A stretch of DNA of 64,000 bases from Candidatus Cloacimonadota bacterium (lineage in GTDB: Bacteria; Cloacimonadota; Cloacimonadia; JGIOTU-2). This document shows positions 20,508-29,201 of the stretch, one piece after another; the first letter of the stretch is position 1; every line of letters starts with the position of its first letter. The stretch is taken from the NCBI GenBank assembly GCA_049903315.1, contig JBNGBT010000001.1, forward strand, positions 320,001-384,000, in the 5' to 3' direction. The notes below the pieces were generated by a model. It had not been told where the DNA came from. It saw only the letters and a program-made list of their open reading frames with translations, and did not search any database. The position numbers and the translations under genes were made by a program.

Positions 20508-21623
20508 CTACGAAATAGGCATCTCGTAAATTCTATATTTCTTATATAGCTTACCACCTACTTTTTCATCAAACTGGTTAATGAGATCATTATCTTCGAG
20601 ATTCCATGACATTTCACACCATTCATATCCACGCTTCAAACCTGCTTGCTCTGTTTCGTGATAGAGAAGTGCTGGCAGTCCGAATCTGCGGTATTTCTGT
20701 TTAAATCCAAAAACAATCGCACGAGTGCCTGTGATTTTACGTTTGTAGCGCAAAAACTTAATGATCCCAATCAAATCCAACTTTCCTTTCAGCTTTTGGA
20801 AAATAGGATTGTAGTCCGGCAGTGTAATAGATACCCCAGCCGGATCGTCACCATAATATGCAAACCATACAAGGTGGTCATCAGCGATCTTTTTGAGTTC
20901 ATCAACCATGAGGTCGAACTCTTTGTCCGTCATAGGAGAAAAACCCCAGTTCTTTTGCCAACTTTCGTTGTAAAGCTCCTTGATAATATGGGCTTCTTCT
21001 TTGATGCGCTTTATATTCACATGCCTTGTAGATATCTTGGGATTATTCTTCAGCCGATCAACTGCTGTCTGGATTTGAGGGGATGGCGGGGTTTTATTAG
21101 ATTTATGAAAAGCATAGAGGTCTTTTCCCTTTTTAAGACCATATTTCTCTGAAAGAGTAAGATAATAGGGGGGATTGTAGGGCATCATCATAACAGGCGG
21201 GGAATCATATCCTTCCAGAAGAAAAGCACATTCATCATTTTGCGAAGGGCTGAGCGGACCGCGCATATACTCCGCACCGTGCTCCTTGAGCCAGGTATAG
21301 GCTGCATCAAAAAGAGCTTTGGCTACATCGAAGTCATTAATTGATTCAAAGAAGCCAAAGGCGCCCATGTGTTCGTCCCAGAGTTCATTATAATTATAAT
21401 CAATGACTGCGCCGATCCTTCCGACAACTTCTCCATCCTTTTTGGCCAGAAATACTTCCCTGATTGCATGTTCCCAGAAAGGATGCTTCTCTGTATTGAG
21501 TTTAAAAAACATGTCTTTTTTCAGCGGTGGAACCCAATTTTTGTCATTCTTATATAACCTGAAAGGAAGGTCTATGAAATCCTTCCAATCTTTTTTTGTT
21601 GCGACCTTTGTTACTGTGATCAT
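20508..21623 (-). CDS. GNAT-fold acyltransferase, YghO/bacterial ceramide-synthase-like family
   Basis: FIDLPFRLYKNDKNWVPPL, HPFWEH, VVGRIGA, FGFFES, RGPLSPS, MPYNPPYY, NWGFSPMT, EMSWNLEDN, YKKYRIY; start placed at ATG 21623. Confidence 0.75.
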   Translation of the reverse strand: MITVTKVATKKDWKDFIDLPFRLYKNDKNWVPPLKKDMFFKLNTEKHPFWEHAIREVFLAKKDGEVVGRIGAVIDYNYNELWDEHMGAFGFFESINDFDVAKALFDAAYTWLKEHGAEYMRGPLSPSQNDECAFLLEGYDSPPVMMMPYNPPYYLTLSEKYGLKKGKDLYAFHKSNKTPPSPQIQTAVDRLKNNPKISTRHVNIKRIKEEAHIIKELYNESWQKNWGFSPMTDKEFDLMVDELKKIADDHLVWFAYYGDDPAGVSITLPDYNPIFQKLKGKLDLIGIIKFLRYKRKITGTRAIVFGFKQKYRRFGLPALLYHETEQAGLKRGYEWCEMSWNLEDNDLINQFDEKVGGKLYKKYRIYEMPIS

Positions 21624-21624
21624 A

Positions 21625-22836
21625 TTAGTTTCCTTGTGGTTCAATTGCTATCAGCACACCATACAGATCTTCGTGTACGAGTACTGGAATAAACATTATT
21701 CTTCCTTCACCTCCCTCAAATAAGGGAGCTTGAATGATATTCTCCTGCTTTGAGGTCATGACCTGTTCAAGCGCAGTGTCAAACGATTTATTCAGATTTT
21801 GAGAAGTGGAGTATCCGATTGAGGAATTGCATGGAGGCCAGCCGTTTATTATGGTTCCTGAAGTATCTGCTAGTTGGACGGAATATACATCAGGATTCTG
21901 CTCATAAATATGTTTCAGTAGTTTCTCGATCTCTTCGAATTGTTTATCGATGATAGGATCAATAAGCGTGTCCTGTATCGCATAACTGCGCAAAGTTGAA
22001 AGCAAGTACACATTTTCGGATCGCTTAATTGTGCTTTTAACGAGATTGCGGACGAGTGTGATATAAAATATTTCATTATATACCCGGATCGTATTCCATG
22101 CATAGATCTTCCTCAGAGAGCTCGATTCATCTTCAATGTTGGTTATAAAATAATCATTGGCATTTTCCGTCATTATATTATAAAGATTCTTCAATGCAAC
22201 ATCATATTCGTTCGAGTTCATTTTTGTGAGAAAATCCTTACCGATTCTCATCGGATCGGAATCATACACCACATCCTGTTGATCATTTATCACAATAAGC
22301 GAATAGGGGTAGGGTACGATATGTTCCTGTTCTATTTTTGAAAAGAGAATCGCAGTATTGACCAGAACGATCAATATATTTCGTTCATCTTGTACATCCG
22401 TGCTTGTCGGTAGAGTGATACAGATGTGGACATCAGTATTTTTATGAAGAGAGTGCCCGATAAAGGGTTCGGTAATTGCAGAGATATTTTTTCTGTTTTG
22501 ATTGGTAAGACAGTTCTCTGTAACATCATCAGTAGATACAGAAGCAGGATATTTTTTTATGAGCTCGAGGTCATTGTCATAAAGGAACAAAGCAGAAATT
22601 TCCGGATATTGTGCTGAGAGAAGCTGAAAATTTTGATTGGTTACTTCAGAAGATCTATGAACGGTCTCGAGCAGTGAGTTCATGAGAGATGTGATATATG
22701 ACGATATCTTTTCTGATACAGAAATGGTTACGGCTTCCTGTTTTTCTCTCTGTGCTTTTTCAAATTTCGAGGTACAACCCGAAAAGAGGATCAAGAAGCA
22801 GATCACAATAAAAAAATAACGAATAAATTTAACCAT
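21625..22836 (-). CDS. Lipoprotein with Cache/PAS-like sensor domains
   Basis: LFSGC lipobox; YPEISALFLYD, LIVINDQQDVVYDSDP..IG, VYSVQLADTSG, FIPVLVHEDLYGVL patterns; no second TM segment or output domain. Confidence 0.6.
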   Translation of the reverse strand: MVKFIRYFFIVICFLILFSGCTSKFEKAQREKQEAVTISVSEKISSYITSLMNSLLETVHRSSEVTNQNFQLLSAQYPEISALFLYDNDLELIKKYPASVSTDDVTENCLTNQNRKNISAITEPFIGHSLHKNTDVHICITLPTSTDVQDERNILIVLVNTAILFSKIEQEHIVPYPYSLIVINDQQDVVYDSDPMRIGKDFLTKMNSNEYDVALKNLYNIMTENANDYFITNIEDESSSLRKIYAWNTIRVYNEIFYITLVRNLVKSTIKRSENVYLLSTLRSYAIQDTLIDPIIDKQFEEIEKLLKHIYEQNPDVYSVQLADTSGTIINGWPPCNSSIGYSTSQNLNKSFDTALEQVMTSKQENIIQAPLFEGGEGRIMFIPVLVHEDLYGVLIAIEPQGN

Positions 22837-23704
22837 CTTCGTCACTCAAATTTTCATCATACGTGCTGTCAAACTTTCTGTTGCTGAATAGGCGCATGAT
22901 CTCGGTCGCTGCTTCTTCGATGGATTTTGACGTCACATCTACAATTTTCCACTTATGTTTGTTGTATATTTGCATACATTCTTTGAGTTCTTTTTTGATA
23001 AGTTCGAGATCAACATATTTTGAGAGCTGGATATGCTTATACCTGCTCGCCCGTACTTCTCTGATCGTTTTCAAACGGTTTGGAGATATTGTTAATCCGA
23101 CAACTTTATTATGATCTACCTGGAAGAGTTCATCAGGAAGATCAAGACCAAAGATCAAGGGAATATTTGCGATCTTGTAATCCCTGTATGCAAGATAGAT
23201 ACTGATCGGGGTTTTTGAAGTTCTGCTGGGACCGACAATTATAATATCTGCTTTGTACAGGTCAGTTAACTTCTTTCCGTCGTCGTGTTTTACTGCAAAA
23301 TCTATACACTCGATGCGTTGGTAATAGTTTTTATCCAGACTGCGGAACATGCCGGGAACAGCCATGGGGGATATCTCAAGATAATCTGTGAATCTGCTCA
23401 GAAGGGGACCCATCACATCGATCGCGGGAACAGCCCACTTTCTTCCTTCATCAAAAATAAGATCCCGTAGCTCGTTGGATACGAGTGTATACGCAATGAT
23501 GCCGTCAACTGCCATCACTTCCTGAACCACATCCCTGATTTCCTTTTCTGTTCTCACGTAGCGAACTCGATGAAGGTGTATGTCCGTTGTCCGGAATTGG
23601 CTGAGTGCTGCTTTGACCACCATTTCGCAGGTGGAGCCGGTCGCATCAGAGATAATAAAGATGTGCCGGATTTTTTTCGATTTACTGTTCTTGATTGAGA
23701 TCAT
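22829..23704 (-). CDS. Pyruvate,phosphate/water dikinase regulatory protein (PpsR/PDRP, DUF299)
   Basis: ISDATGST, YYQRIECIDFAVKHDDG, ADIIIVGPSRTSKTP.SIYLA, SIEEAA. Confidence 0.93.
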   Translation of the reverse strand: MISIKNSKSKKIRHIFIISDATGSTCEMVVKAALSQFRTTDIHLHRVRYVRTEKEIRDVVQEVMAVDGIIAYTLVSNELRDLIFDEGRKWAVPAIDVMGPLLSRFTDYLEISPMAVPGMFRSLDKNYYQRIECIDFAVKHDDGKKLTDLYKADIIIVGPSRTSKTPISIYLAYRDYKIANIPLIFGLDLPDELFQVDHNKVVGLTISPNRLKTIREVRASRYKHIQLSKYVDLELIKKELKECMQIYNKHKWKIVDVTSKSIEEAATEIMRLFSNRKFDSTYDENLSDEDG

Positions 23705-24350
23705 AATTATAAAACTTACATTTTTTTAATAAGACACACTTTAAACAGTGGGGATTTTTCTGGCAACTTTCTTTTGCGTGTCGCACAAGAAGTGCATGAA
23801 ATTCGTTATATAATTCTACAGTCTTTTGAAGATTATCCATGAAGAAATTTTGTGCTTCATCATACGAAATGTTCTCAAGGAAAAAACCCAATCTTTGGAA
23901 TATTCTTTTTGTGTAGGCATCGATAACAAAGACGGGTTTTCCAAAAGCATAAAGGAGTATTGAGTCCGCAGTTTCCGGACCGATTCCTTTCAGTCCCAGT
24001 AATTCTGCACGCATTTCATCTATGGTGAGAACGCAAAAACTCTGCATTCCGTTCTTGAGGAGGTGTTGAGCAATTTCTTGCAGGCGAAGCGCTTTTTGGT
24101 TGTAGTATCCGGAAGGACGTATGTTTTGGGCGATTTTTGGGACATCTGCTTTTGCTAAATTTTCAAGGGTGATCAGATTATTAATTTTGAGATTTTCGAT
24201 TGCTTTTTCGACGTTTTTCCAGTTCGTATTTTGGGTAAGGATCGCTCCGATGATGATCTCGTCCCGGGTTTCTCCGGGCCACCAATGCTGAGGTCCGTAA
24301 CGATCATACAAAAGATCGTAGATCTCGATCAACTCCCGCATAATGTTCAT
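23682..24350 (-). CDS. Endonuclease III-like HhH-GPD DNA glycosylase
   Basis: GPQHWWP, GAILTQNTNW, SGYYNQKA, LKGIGPETADSILLYA, VIDAYT, C..NPHCLKCVL..C cluster motif. Confidence 0.92.
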   Translation of the reverse strand: MNIMRELIEIYDLLYDRYGPQHWWPGETRDEIIIGAILTQNTNWKNVEKAIENLKINNLITLENLAKADVPKIAQNIRPSGYYNQKALRLQEIAQHLLKNGMQSFCVLTIDEMRAELLGLKGIGPETADSILLYAFGKPVFVIDAYTKRIFQRLGFFLENISYDEAQNFFMDNLQKTVELYNEFHALLVRHAKESCQKNPHCLKCVLLKKCKFYNYDLNQEQ

Positions 24351-24612
24351 TTAAGAATTTTCTTAAGATCCTCCATCGCTTCAATATACTCCTCTATCCC
24401 TGAACTGTGCTTGCCATTTGTGGTCTGTGATCCATTGATGATTAGTGCATTTTTATACATATGGATTGTCGTCAAATTGAATTCATTTTGTGTCAAGATT
24501 TAGCGCTTAGAGTATATTATGTCTCCATATTGTCCTCATTTGGAAGACAGGGAAGGACTTACTTTACAGCAATCATACTGAATCATGATGGACCACTCCA
24601 TGAAATGATTTC

Positions 24613-24716
24613 TTGATTTAAGGTTAGAGATTGCAGGTGTGAGATTTTTGAAGTGCAATCGTTGCGAAGGTTTAACTTGTACGCCTACTTGTGGAAAGAA
24701 ATCATTCGCAAGGTTT
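24613..24716. repeat. REP-like palindrome plus heptamer array, same family as 6530-6614 (reverse orientation)
   Basis: Minus strand AACCTTGCGAA...AAACCTTCGCAACGATT followed by NAATCNN-like 7-mers. Confidence 0.65.
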
Positions 24717-24723
24717 AGGTATA

Positions 24724-27114
24724 TTATCGTAACTTCACGACCTTCCCGAAATGTTCATCGTTATTATTTATTTTATAGAAATATACACCCGTGCCCAATT
24801 CGTTGCCATTAGCATCCTTTCCATCCCATGTTGCTTCGAGAAAGCGGGGAAGCGAAGAAGCGCCAGAAGAAATTTCTAAATCCGATCCGCCAGCTGGCGG
24901 ACTAATGTCTAATTCTCTGACAAGTTGTCCTTTTATATTATAAATTTTGATTCGTGCTAATTCGTGTAAATTCGTGGTTAATGAAAACGATAACGTTGTC
25001 GATGTAGAGAAGGGATTAGGGTAGGAGGATAATGAAATTTCATTATTGTATATATTTTCATCATCGATCGATGTATTTATATTGTAAGAATAGATTGAAG
25101 CACACTCTTTTTGCGTGCTGATAAAATATGTATTGTTGTCTTGTGCATAAAAATTTAAAAGAGGACCCCAACTATTAAAATTGATATATTCAAAACTTTC
25201 AAGGTAACCTGAAGGATTACCGGATACATCAAATAAACCTAAAGAAAACTCATATACTTGAAACAGAATATCATCATTAATAAAGCTTGAATACAGAAAT
25301 GAGTTTTCTGTCGAAAATTGTTCTGTTAACTGAAAAGGGGTTTCAAATATATAGAATTTATCAAAGTTATCTGTGATATATGCATTGGTGTGTAAATAAT
25401 TACCAACCTTATTCATCAAAATGTGATAATTGGGACCAAAATTAGAAATTGTTTGCGCGAGGTCGGGCTCATTGTCTTCAAATCCTCCATAGATATACAA
25501 ATTTTGATAAGGTGAAGCGCTATCAAGTACATAGAAATACCCATCGTTAAATAGACCCTTGCCATTTGAAATATATGTTAACGCGTAGTCAAATAGTATT
25601 TCCGGGGTTGCCGGATCGGACATATCGTATTTTACTATTTTTTGATATGGACCAAACCACCACCAATAAAAGCAATATAACATATCCGGCTCATCTTCAT
25701 TAATAATAAGAACAGGGATCCCGAATCCACCCTCTGCTTCAAAATCAGATTGCAAAATTGGCTCATGAGGATTTGAAATATTATATAAACAGACTTTTAT
25801 TTCATTATTTCTATTAACATACGCGCTATACATTCTGTTCCCAATAAACTTGCTCCCGTAGGTTCTGCAACTGTCCAATAGTATTTTTTTAAGTTTCGGC
25901 ATATCAGTATTGGACAAATCATAGACATAAATGCCATCATTTACCATAGGAATAAAAAGATAATCATCATAGATACTAATATATTTATATCCTAATTGGT
26001 GGTTTGGATGTGTTTGTTCGTTATTTATAAATACCATTGTGCCATCATAAAAAGAGTATTTGAAAATTCCGGAATCGGGTGTGCCCCAGTATAACAAATT
26101 ATTATAGTATTTGATATTTGAATTTGTAATATATGAGGTGAGTCCTGAAAAGTTTTGCTGTTCTTCGGAGAGAGGACAAAAGGAACTAAAACATGGATTT
26201 GTAATATCGGTAATATCCACTACTTCTATTCCATCTGGTGGTTGTGGAATGATAATATAATTATCAAATCTGGTAAAATCTGCCCATTTACCGTACGATG
26301 TATAGGTATAATAATCTGTAATAAAATACCAATTATGAATATCGGATATATCCCAAAGTGCTAATGCTTCATCGCCTAATATTCCAACCGTAGTGCTGTC
26401 GATTTGCTGAATATAATTATATGTTGTAATAACAGAAGGAGTGTTGGTAAGATTGATCGTTGCTTCTATGAAAATGTTATTAATATCTGTTATGTTATAT
26501 ATTTCATAAAGAAGACTTCCATTACGAGAGGTCATGAAAAGAGAATCATTAATAGGGTAGGTTTGACAGCATATAGGCAGAGAATTAATTTCCTCAAAAT
26601 TTTCATGGTCAAGAACCAATAATGTGCCTGAAAATGAATTCTCATTATATTCACGACACATTAAATTGTCATTATAGAAGCCCAATTGATAAATTACTGA
26701 GTCATCAAAAAACAGCGAATCAACAATTATGGGATTATCAGGAGTTGTGACATCGATCTTGTATAAATAGGATCCTAAGAACAGAGACCAGGTTTGACTT
26801 GTTGTCGATGCTATATACACGAAGTTATCCTTTTTAGTAATCATATCTGTCATTCCAATAAAACCAATCGTCGCAATTCTTTCCAGGTTGCCTGTTGCAT
26901 TATCTATGCTTTGTATTTCAAGCCCATATCTGTTAACAATATACATATATGAGGAATCAATAATGATTCTATCATCTCCGCAATAATTTCCTCCAATTGC
27001 AAAATCGTTGATCTTTTCATAATTGAATTCAATAGCATATAAAAATTCTGGTAATATAAGTATAAAGAGGGTAAAAATAATTAATAAATTTATTTGTTTA
27101 TAGTGTTTAATCAT
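24724..27114 (-). CDS. Secreted LVIVD-like repeat (beta-propeller) protein with FlgD-Ig/T9SS-type CTD
   Basis: Signal peptide; YKIDVTTPDNP, GIEVVDITDITNP, GIYVYDLSN, LYNISNPHEP repeats; YPNPF..IYNIKGQLVR..WDGKD..GVYFY..KVVKLR; AGGAG RBS. Confidence 0.82.
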   Translation of the reverse strand: MIKHYKQINLLIIFTLFILILPEFLYAIEFNYEKINDFAIGGNYCGDDRIIIDSSYMYIVNRYGLEIQSIDNATGNLERIATIGFIGMTDMITKKDNFVYIASTTSQTWSLFLGSYLYKIDVTTPDNPIIVDSLFFDDSVIYQLGFYNDNLMCREYNENSFSGTLLVLDHENFEEINSLPICCQTYPINDSLFMTSRNGSLLYEIYNITDINNIFIEATINLTNTPSVITTYNYIQQIDSTTVGILGDEALALWDISDIHNWYFITDYYTYTSYGKWADFTRFDNYIIIPQPPDGIEVVDITDITNPCFSSFCPLSEEQQNFSGLTSYITNSNIKYYNNLLYWGTPDSGIFKYSFYDGTMVFINNEQTHPNHQLGYKYISIYDDYLFIPMVNDGIYVYDLSNTDMPKLKKILLDSCRTYGSKFIGNRMYSAYVNRNNEIKVCLYNISNPHEPILQSDFEAEGGFGIPVLIINEDEPDMLYCFYWWWFGPYQKIVKYDMSDPATPEILFDYALTYISNGKGLFNDGYFYVLDSASPYQNLYIYGGFEDNEPDLAQTISNFGPNYHILMNKVGNYLHTNAYITDNFDKFYIFETPFQLTEQFSTENSFLYSSFINDDILFQVYEFSLGLFDVSGNPSGYLESFEYINFNSWGPLLNFYAQDNNTYFISTQKECASIYSYNINTSIDDENIYNNEISLSSYPNPFSTSTTLSFSLTTNLHELARIKIYNIKGQLVRELDISPPAGGSDLEISSGASSLPRFLEATWDGKDANGNELGTGVYFYKINNNDEHFGKVVKLR
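24886..24981. repeat. Intergenic-type repeats embedded in frame in the CTD coding region
   Basis: Perfect 16-bp palindrome TCCGCCAGCTGGCGGA (24886-24901) and TTCGTG x3 GGTTAA (24951-24981). Confidence 0.7.
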
Positions 27115-27140
27115 ATTATACTCCTAAAATGTAATATTAT

Positions 27141-27166
27141 GGGGCAGAAGCAAAAACTTCTGCCCC
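27141..27166 (-). terminator. GC-rich hairpin between the small and large secreted-protein genes
   Basis: GGGGCAGAAG-caaaaa-CTTCTGCCCC perfect 10-bp stem; no clear U-tract on the minus strand, so may be a stabiliser or partial terminator. Confidence 0.55.
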
Positions 27167-27175
27167 GAGGATATT

Positions 27176-27556
27176 TTATTGGTTAGGAGGTTCGGGCTCT
27201 CCCGGATCGGGCTCTTGACCAGTGGTTGGCAAATAGAGATGAACCGTGGTAAAAGGTGAAATGCCGCCAACTTCAGAATCTGAGCGATCACCTTGTTCTG
27301 CCGTTAATGACCATATTGGATACTCTTGAGAACAGTAAATATCTGGAAATGATTCTGTATAATAGCCAGTACCTGTTTCCGGAGTTTTTGAATCATATAG
27401 ATATGGTTGTTGTTCAGGGGTGTCTTGCCTGTATAGGTAAAGCGTTGGACCGCTCTTTAATACACCATGAACATATACATCTACTGATTGAGCCAATAAA
27501 TTTCCACCAATGAATAGTGTCGCTAATATCGCGAGTATCGCAATTTTTTTAAACAT
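27176..27556 (-). CDS. Small secreted hypothetical protein with Pro-rich tail
   Basis: Signal peptide MFKKIAILAILATLFIGGNLLA; GAGG RBS; ends EPDPGEPEPPNQ. Confidence 0.8.
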   Translation of the reverse strand: MFKKIAILAILATLFIGGNLLAQSVDVYVHGVLKSGPTLYLYRQDTPEQQPYLYDSKTPETGTGYYTESFPDIYCSQEYPIWSLTAEQGDRSDSEVGGISPFTTVHLYLPTTGQEPDPGEPEPPNQ

Positions 27557-27959
27557 CGTTTTTACCTCTTAATTATTTTATTCCTTTATTCTACGTTTCC
27601 CCCTTTACTACAAAGGTAATTCGTAAAGGAGTATTCCCGGCAGTCTCAATAATCCATTTCATAATTTCCTTTCTACCATGTTCGAATTTCTTGTCAATAA
27701 GAAAACCTATCTGTTTTGGGAAGAACGATAGATAGGTCTGGTCAGGTGAATTTAGTTTTATGTATACATGTATTCAGGAAATGTAAACATTCCATTTTTA
27801 TTATTTTGCCCTTGCTTAATAATTTCATGCTACTATCCCCAAACCATGGTATTTCATGGCATACCTCAATTACTACGAACCAACTAAGTTGGATTCTGCT
27901 GCAGAACATCATTATCAAAATCTTCAACGTTTCATGGAGCCGGAGAAAACTCCCGCTAA

Positions 27960-28442
27960 TCATTCTTCTGGACGAAGAATGAATCGCGGGAGAGCCATGA
28001 TTGGGGTCTCTAAAATACCTCCGTACTCCTTGGTACTCATATTTTGCACCTCGTAACTTGCTGAAAATTGGACCTCTTTATCCAAGATTGAAGTCAGTGT
28101 TGTCTCAACTGCACGAGCATAAATAGGTTTTGTCAGATATCCTGCCGGATTCGTTTGCTTTGCTTCTTCCATGGTTTCTTCATCGTTGTAAGCAGACACG
28201 AATACTACAGGGACATCCTTACTGGTGCGAATCTGTCTCGCGGCTTCGATACCGTTGATCTGCCCGGCCAGGTTAATATCCATAAATATAAGATGCGGGT
28301 CAAAAGTTTTCGAAAGCTCGACAGCATGCTCGCCGCTTGCAGCAGTAACACATTCGTATGGTCCGAAACGTTGTATAAGATTTTTCAGATGCAGTGCGAT
28401 AATTGCTTCATCTTCAACGATCAATATTTTTTGTTTATTCAT
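27960..28442 (-). CDS. Single-domain response regulator (receiver) with short C-terminal tail
   Basis: KILIVEDE, IFMDINL (phospho-Asp), VFVSAY, YLTKP; start placed at ATG 28442. Confidence 0.88.
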   Translation of the reverse strand: MNKQKILIVEDEAIIALHLKNLIQRFGPYECVTAASGEHAVELSKTFDPHLIFMDINLAGQINGIEAARQIRTSKDVPVVFVSAYNDEETMEEAKQTNPAGYLTKPIYARAVETTLTSILDKEVQFSASYEVQNMSTKEYGGILETPIMALPRFILRPEE

Positions 28443-28464
28443 TATCTTATGATGTTTTTTATCC

Positions 28465-28575
28465 TTACGCTTTTCCCTCGACTGATTTCCTTTCATGTCC
28501 GAGGAAAACTTTTCCATCAGAGATTATTACTATATATTCTCCGCCATTGCCGTCATGTATTCTTTTAATAGTCAT
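28465..28575 (-). CDS. Micropeptide copy 1, 36 aa (MTIKRIHDGNGGEYIVIISDGKVFLGHERKSVEGKA)
   Basis: Below ORF-track cutoff; AAGGAGA RBS; paralogous to 29099 and 29399 copies with mainly synonymous differences. Confidence 0.8.
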   Translation of the reverse strand: MTIKRIHDGNGGEYIVIISDGKVFLGHERKSVEGKA

Positions 28576-28589
28576 GTTATTCTCCTTTA

Positions 28590-28874
28590 TTATGCTTTCA
28601 TTACGTGAACAGTACCATTCACTACGATCACAATGTACTTTTCACCATTTGGTCCAATTATAGTCGCATCGAATATAATTTCATCATTGCTATCAAATAC
28701 AAGCCCTATTACAACTGGATAGTCTGTGTTTTCATCTAAATATTGAGAGATGAATTCAGCATCATCCAGGTTGCATAAAGAACGCAATTCACTTGCTGTC
28801 ATTGCAAAAGCTACCGAATTAATTAATAACAAAAATACAAGTACACCTACTAACACTAATGTTTTCTTTTTCAT
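28590..28874 (-). CDS. Small secreted protein (94 aa) with C-terminal NGxxYIVIxxxGxV motif
   Basis: Signal peptide MKKKTLVLVGVLVFLLLINSVAFA; AGGTGG RBS before ATG 28874. Confidence 0.82.
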   Translation of the reverse strand: MKKKTLVLVGVLVFLLLINSVAFAMTASELRSLCNLDDAEFISQYLDENTDYPVVIGLVFDSNDEIIFDATIIGPNGEKYIVIVVNGTVHVMKA

Positions 28875-28898
28875 TTTACTTACCACCTTTCAGGTTAT

Positions 28899-29099
28899 TT
28901 ATTTATATATCATAAAAAGTGCCGATTTGTGACGACACCACTCAAAAAAGTTGAAAAAAAGTGAAAAAAATTCATTTGAGGTGACAGAATCCTTATGAAT
29001 TATCACATTTTTCTTCTCATGTCCGAGGAATACTTTTCCTTCAGAGATAATCACGATGTACTCTCCACCGTTTCCGTCATGAATTCTTTTAATAGTCAT
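28899..29099 (-). CDS. Micropeptide copy 2 (core 30 aa; reads through to 66 aa)
   Basis: AGGAGA RBS; MTIKRIHDGNGGEYIVIISEGKVFLGHEKK core. Confidence 0.75.
   Translation of the reverse strand: MTIKRIHDGNGGEYIVIISEGKVFLGHEKKNVIIHKDSVTSNEFFSLFFNFFEWCRHKSALFMIYK
28903..28985 (-). promoter_or_regulatory. Conserved promoter-like element, copy A (GTCACA-N16-GATATATA with three 10-bp-phased A-tracts upstream)
   Basis: Near-identical to 29202-29285; GTCACA at 28933-28928; lies about 30 nt upstream of the 28874 start. Confidence 0.6.
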
Positions 29100-29201
29100 T
29101 TTATTCTCCTATTATTTTTTTAATTTGCTAAGTTCCAAATTATTGCCAGCCATTTTCATGTAATTTTTTATAATCACAAGAATCATTTCTCTAATTTTTA
29201 C

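Noticed and set aside
27716..28056. ORFs 27742-27963(-), 27716-27982(+) and 27856-28056(+)
   Set aside because: No recognisable motifs or convincing RBS, and mutually overlapping; cannot be supported
28443..28517. ORF-track N-terminal extension of the receiver protein
   Set aside because: Overlaps micropeptide 1 in another frame; the receiver fold begins at MNKQKILIVEDE (28442)
29112..29186. 24-codon minus-strand ORF in the slot between box B and peptide 2
   Set aside because: No RBS and no similarity to the secreted protein occupying the equivalent slot in the other unit
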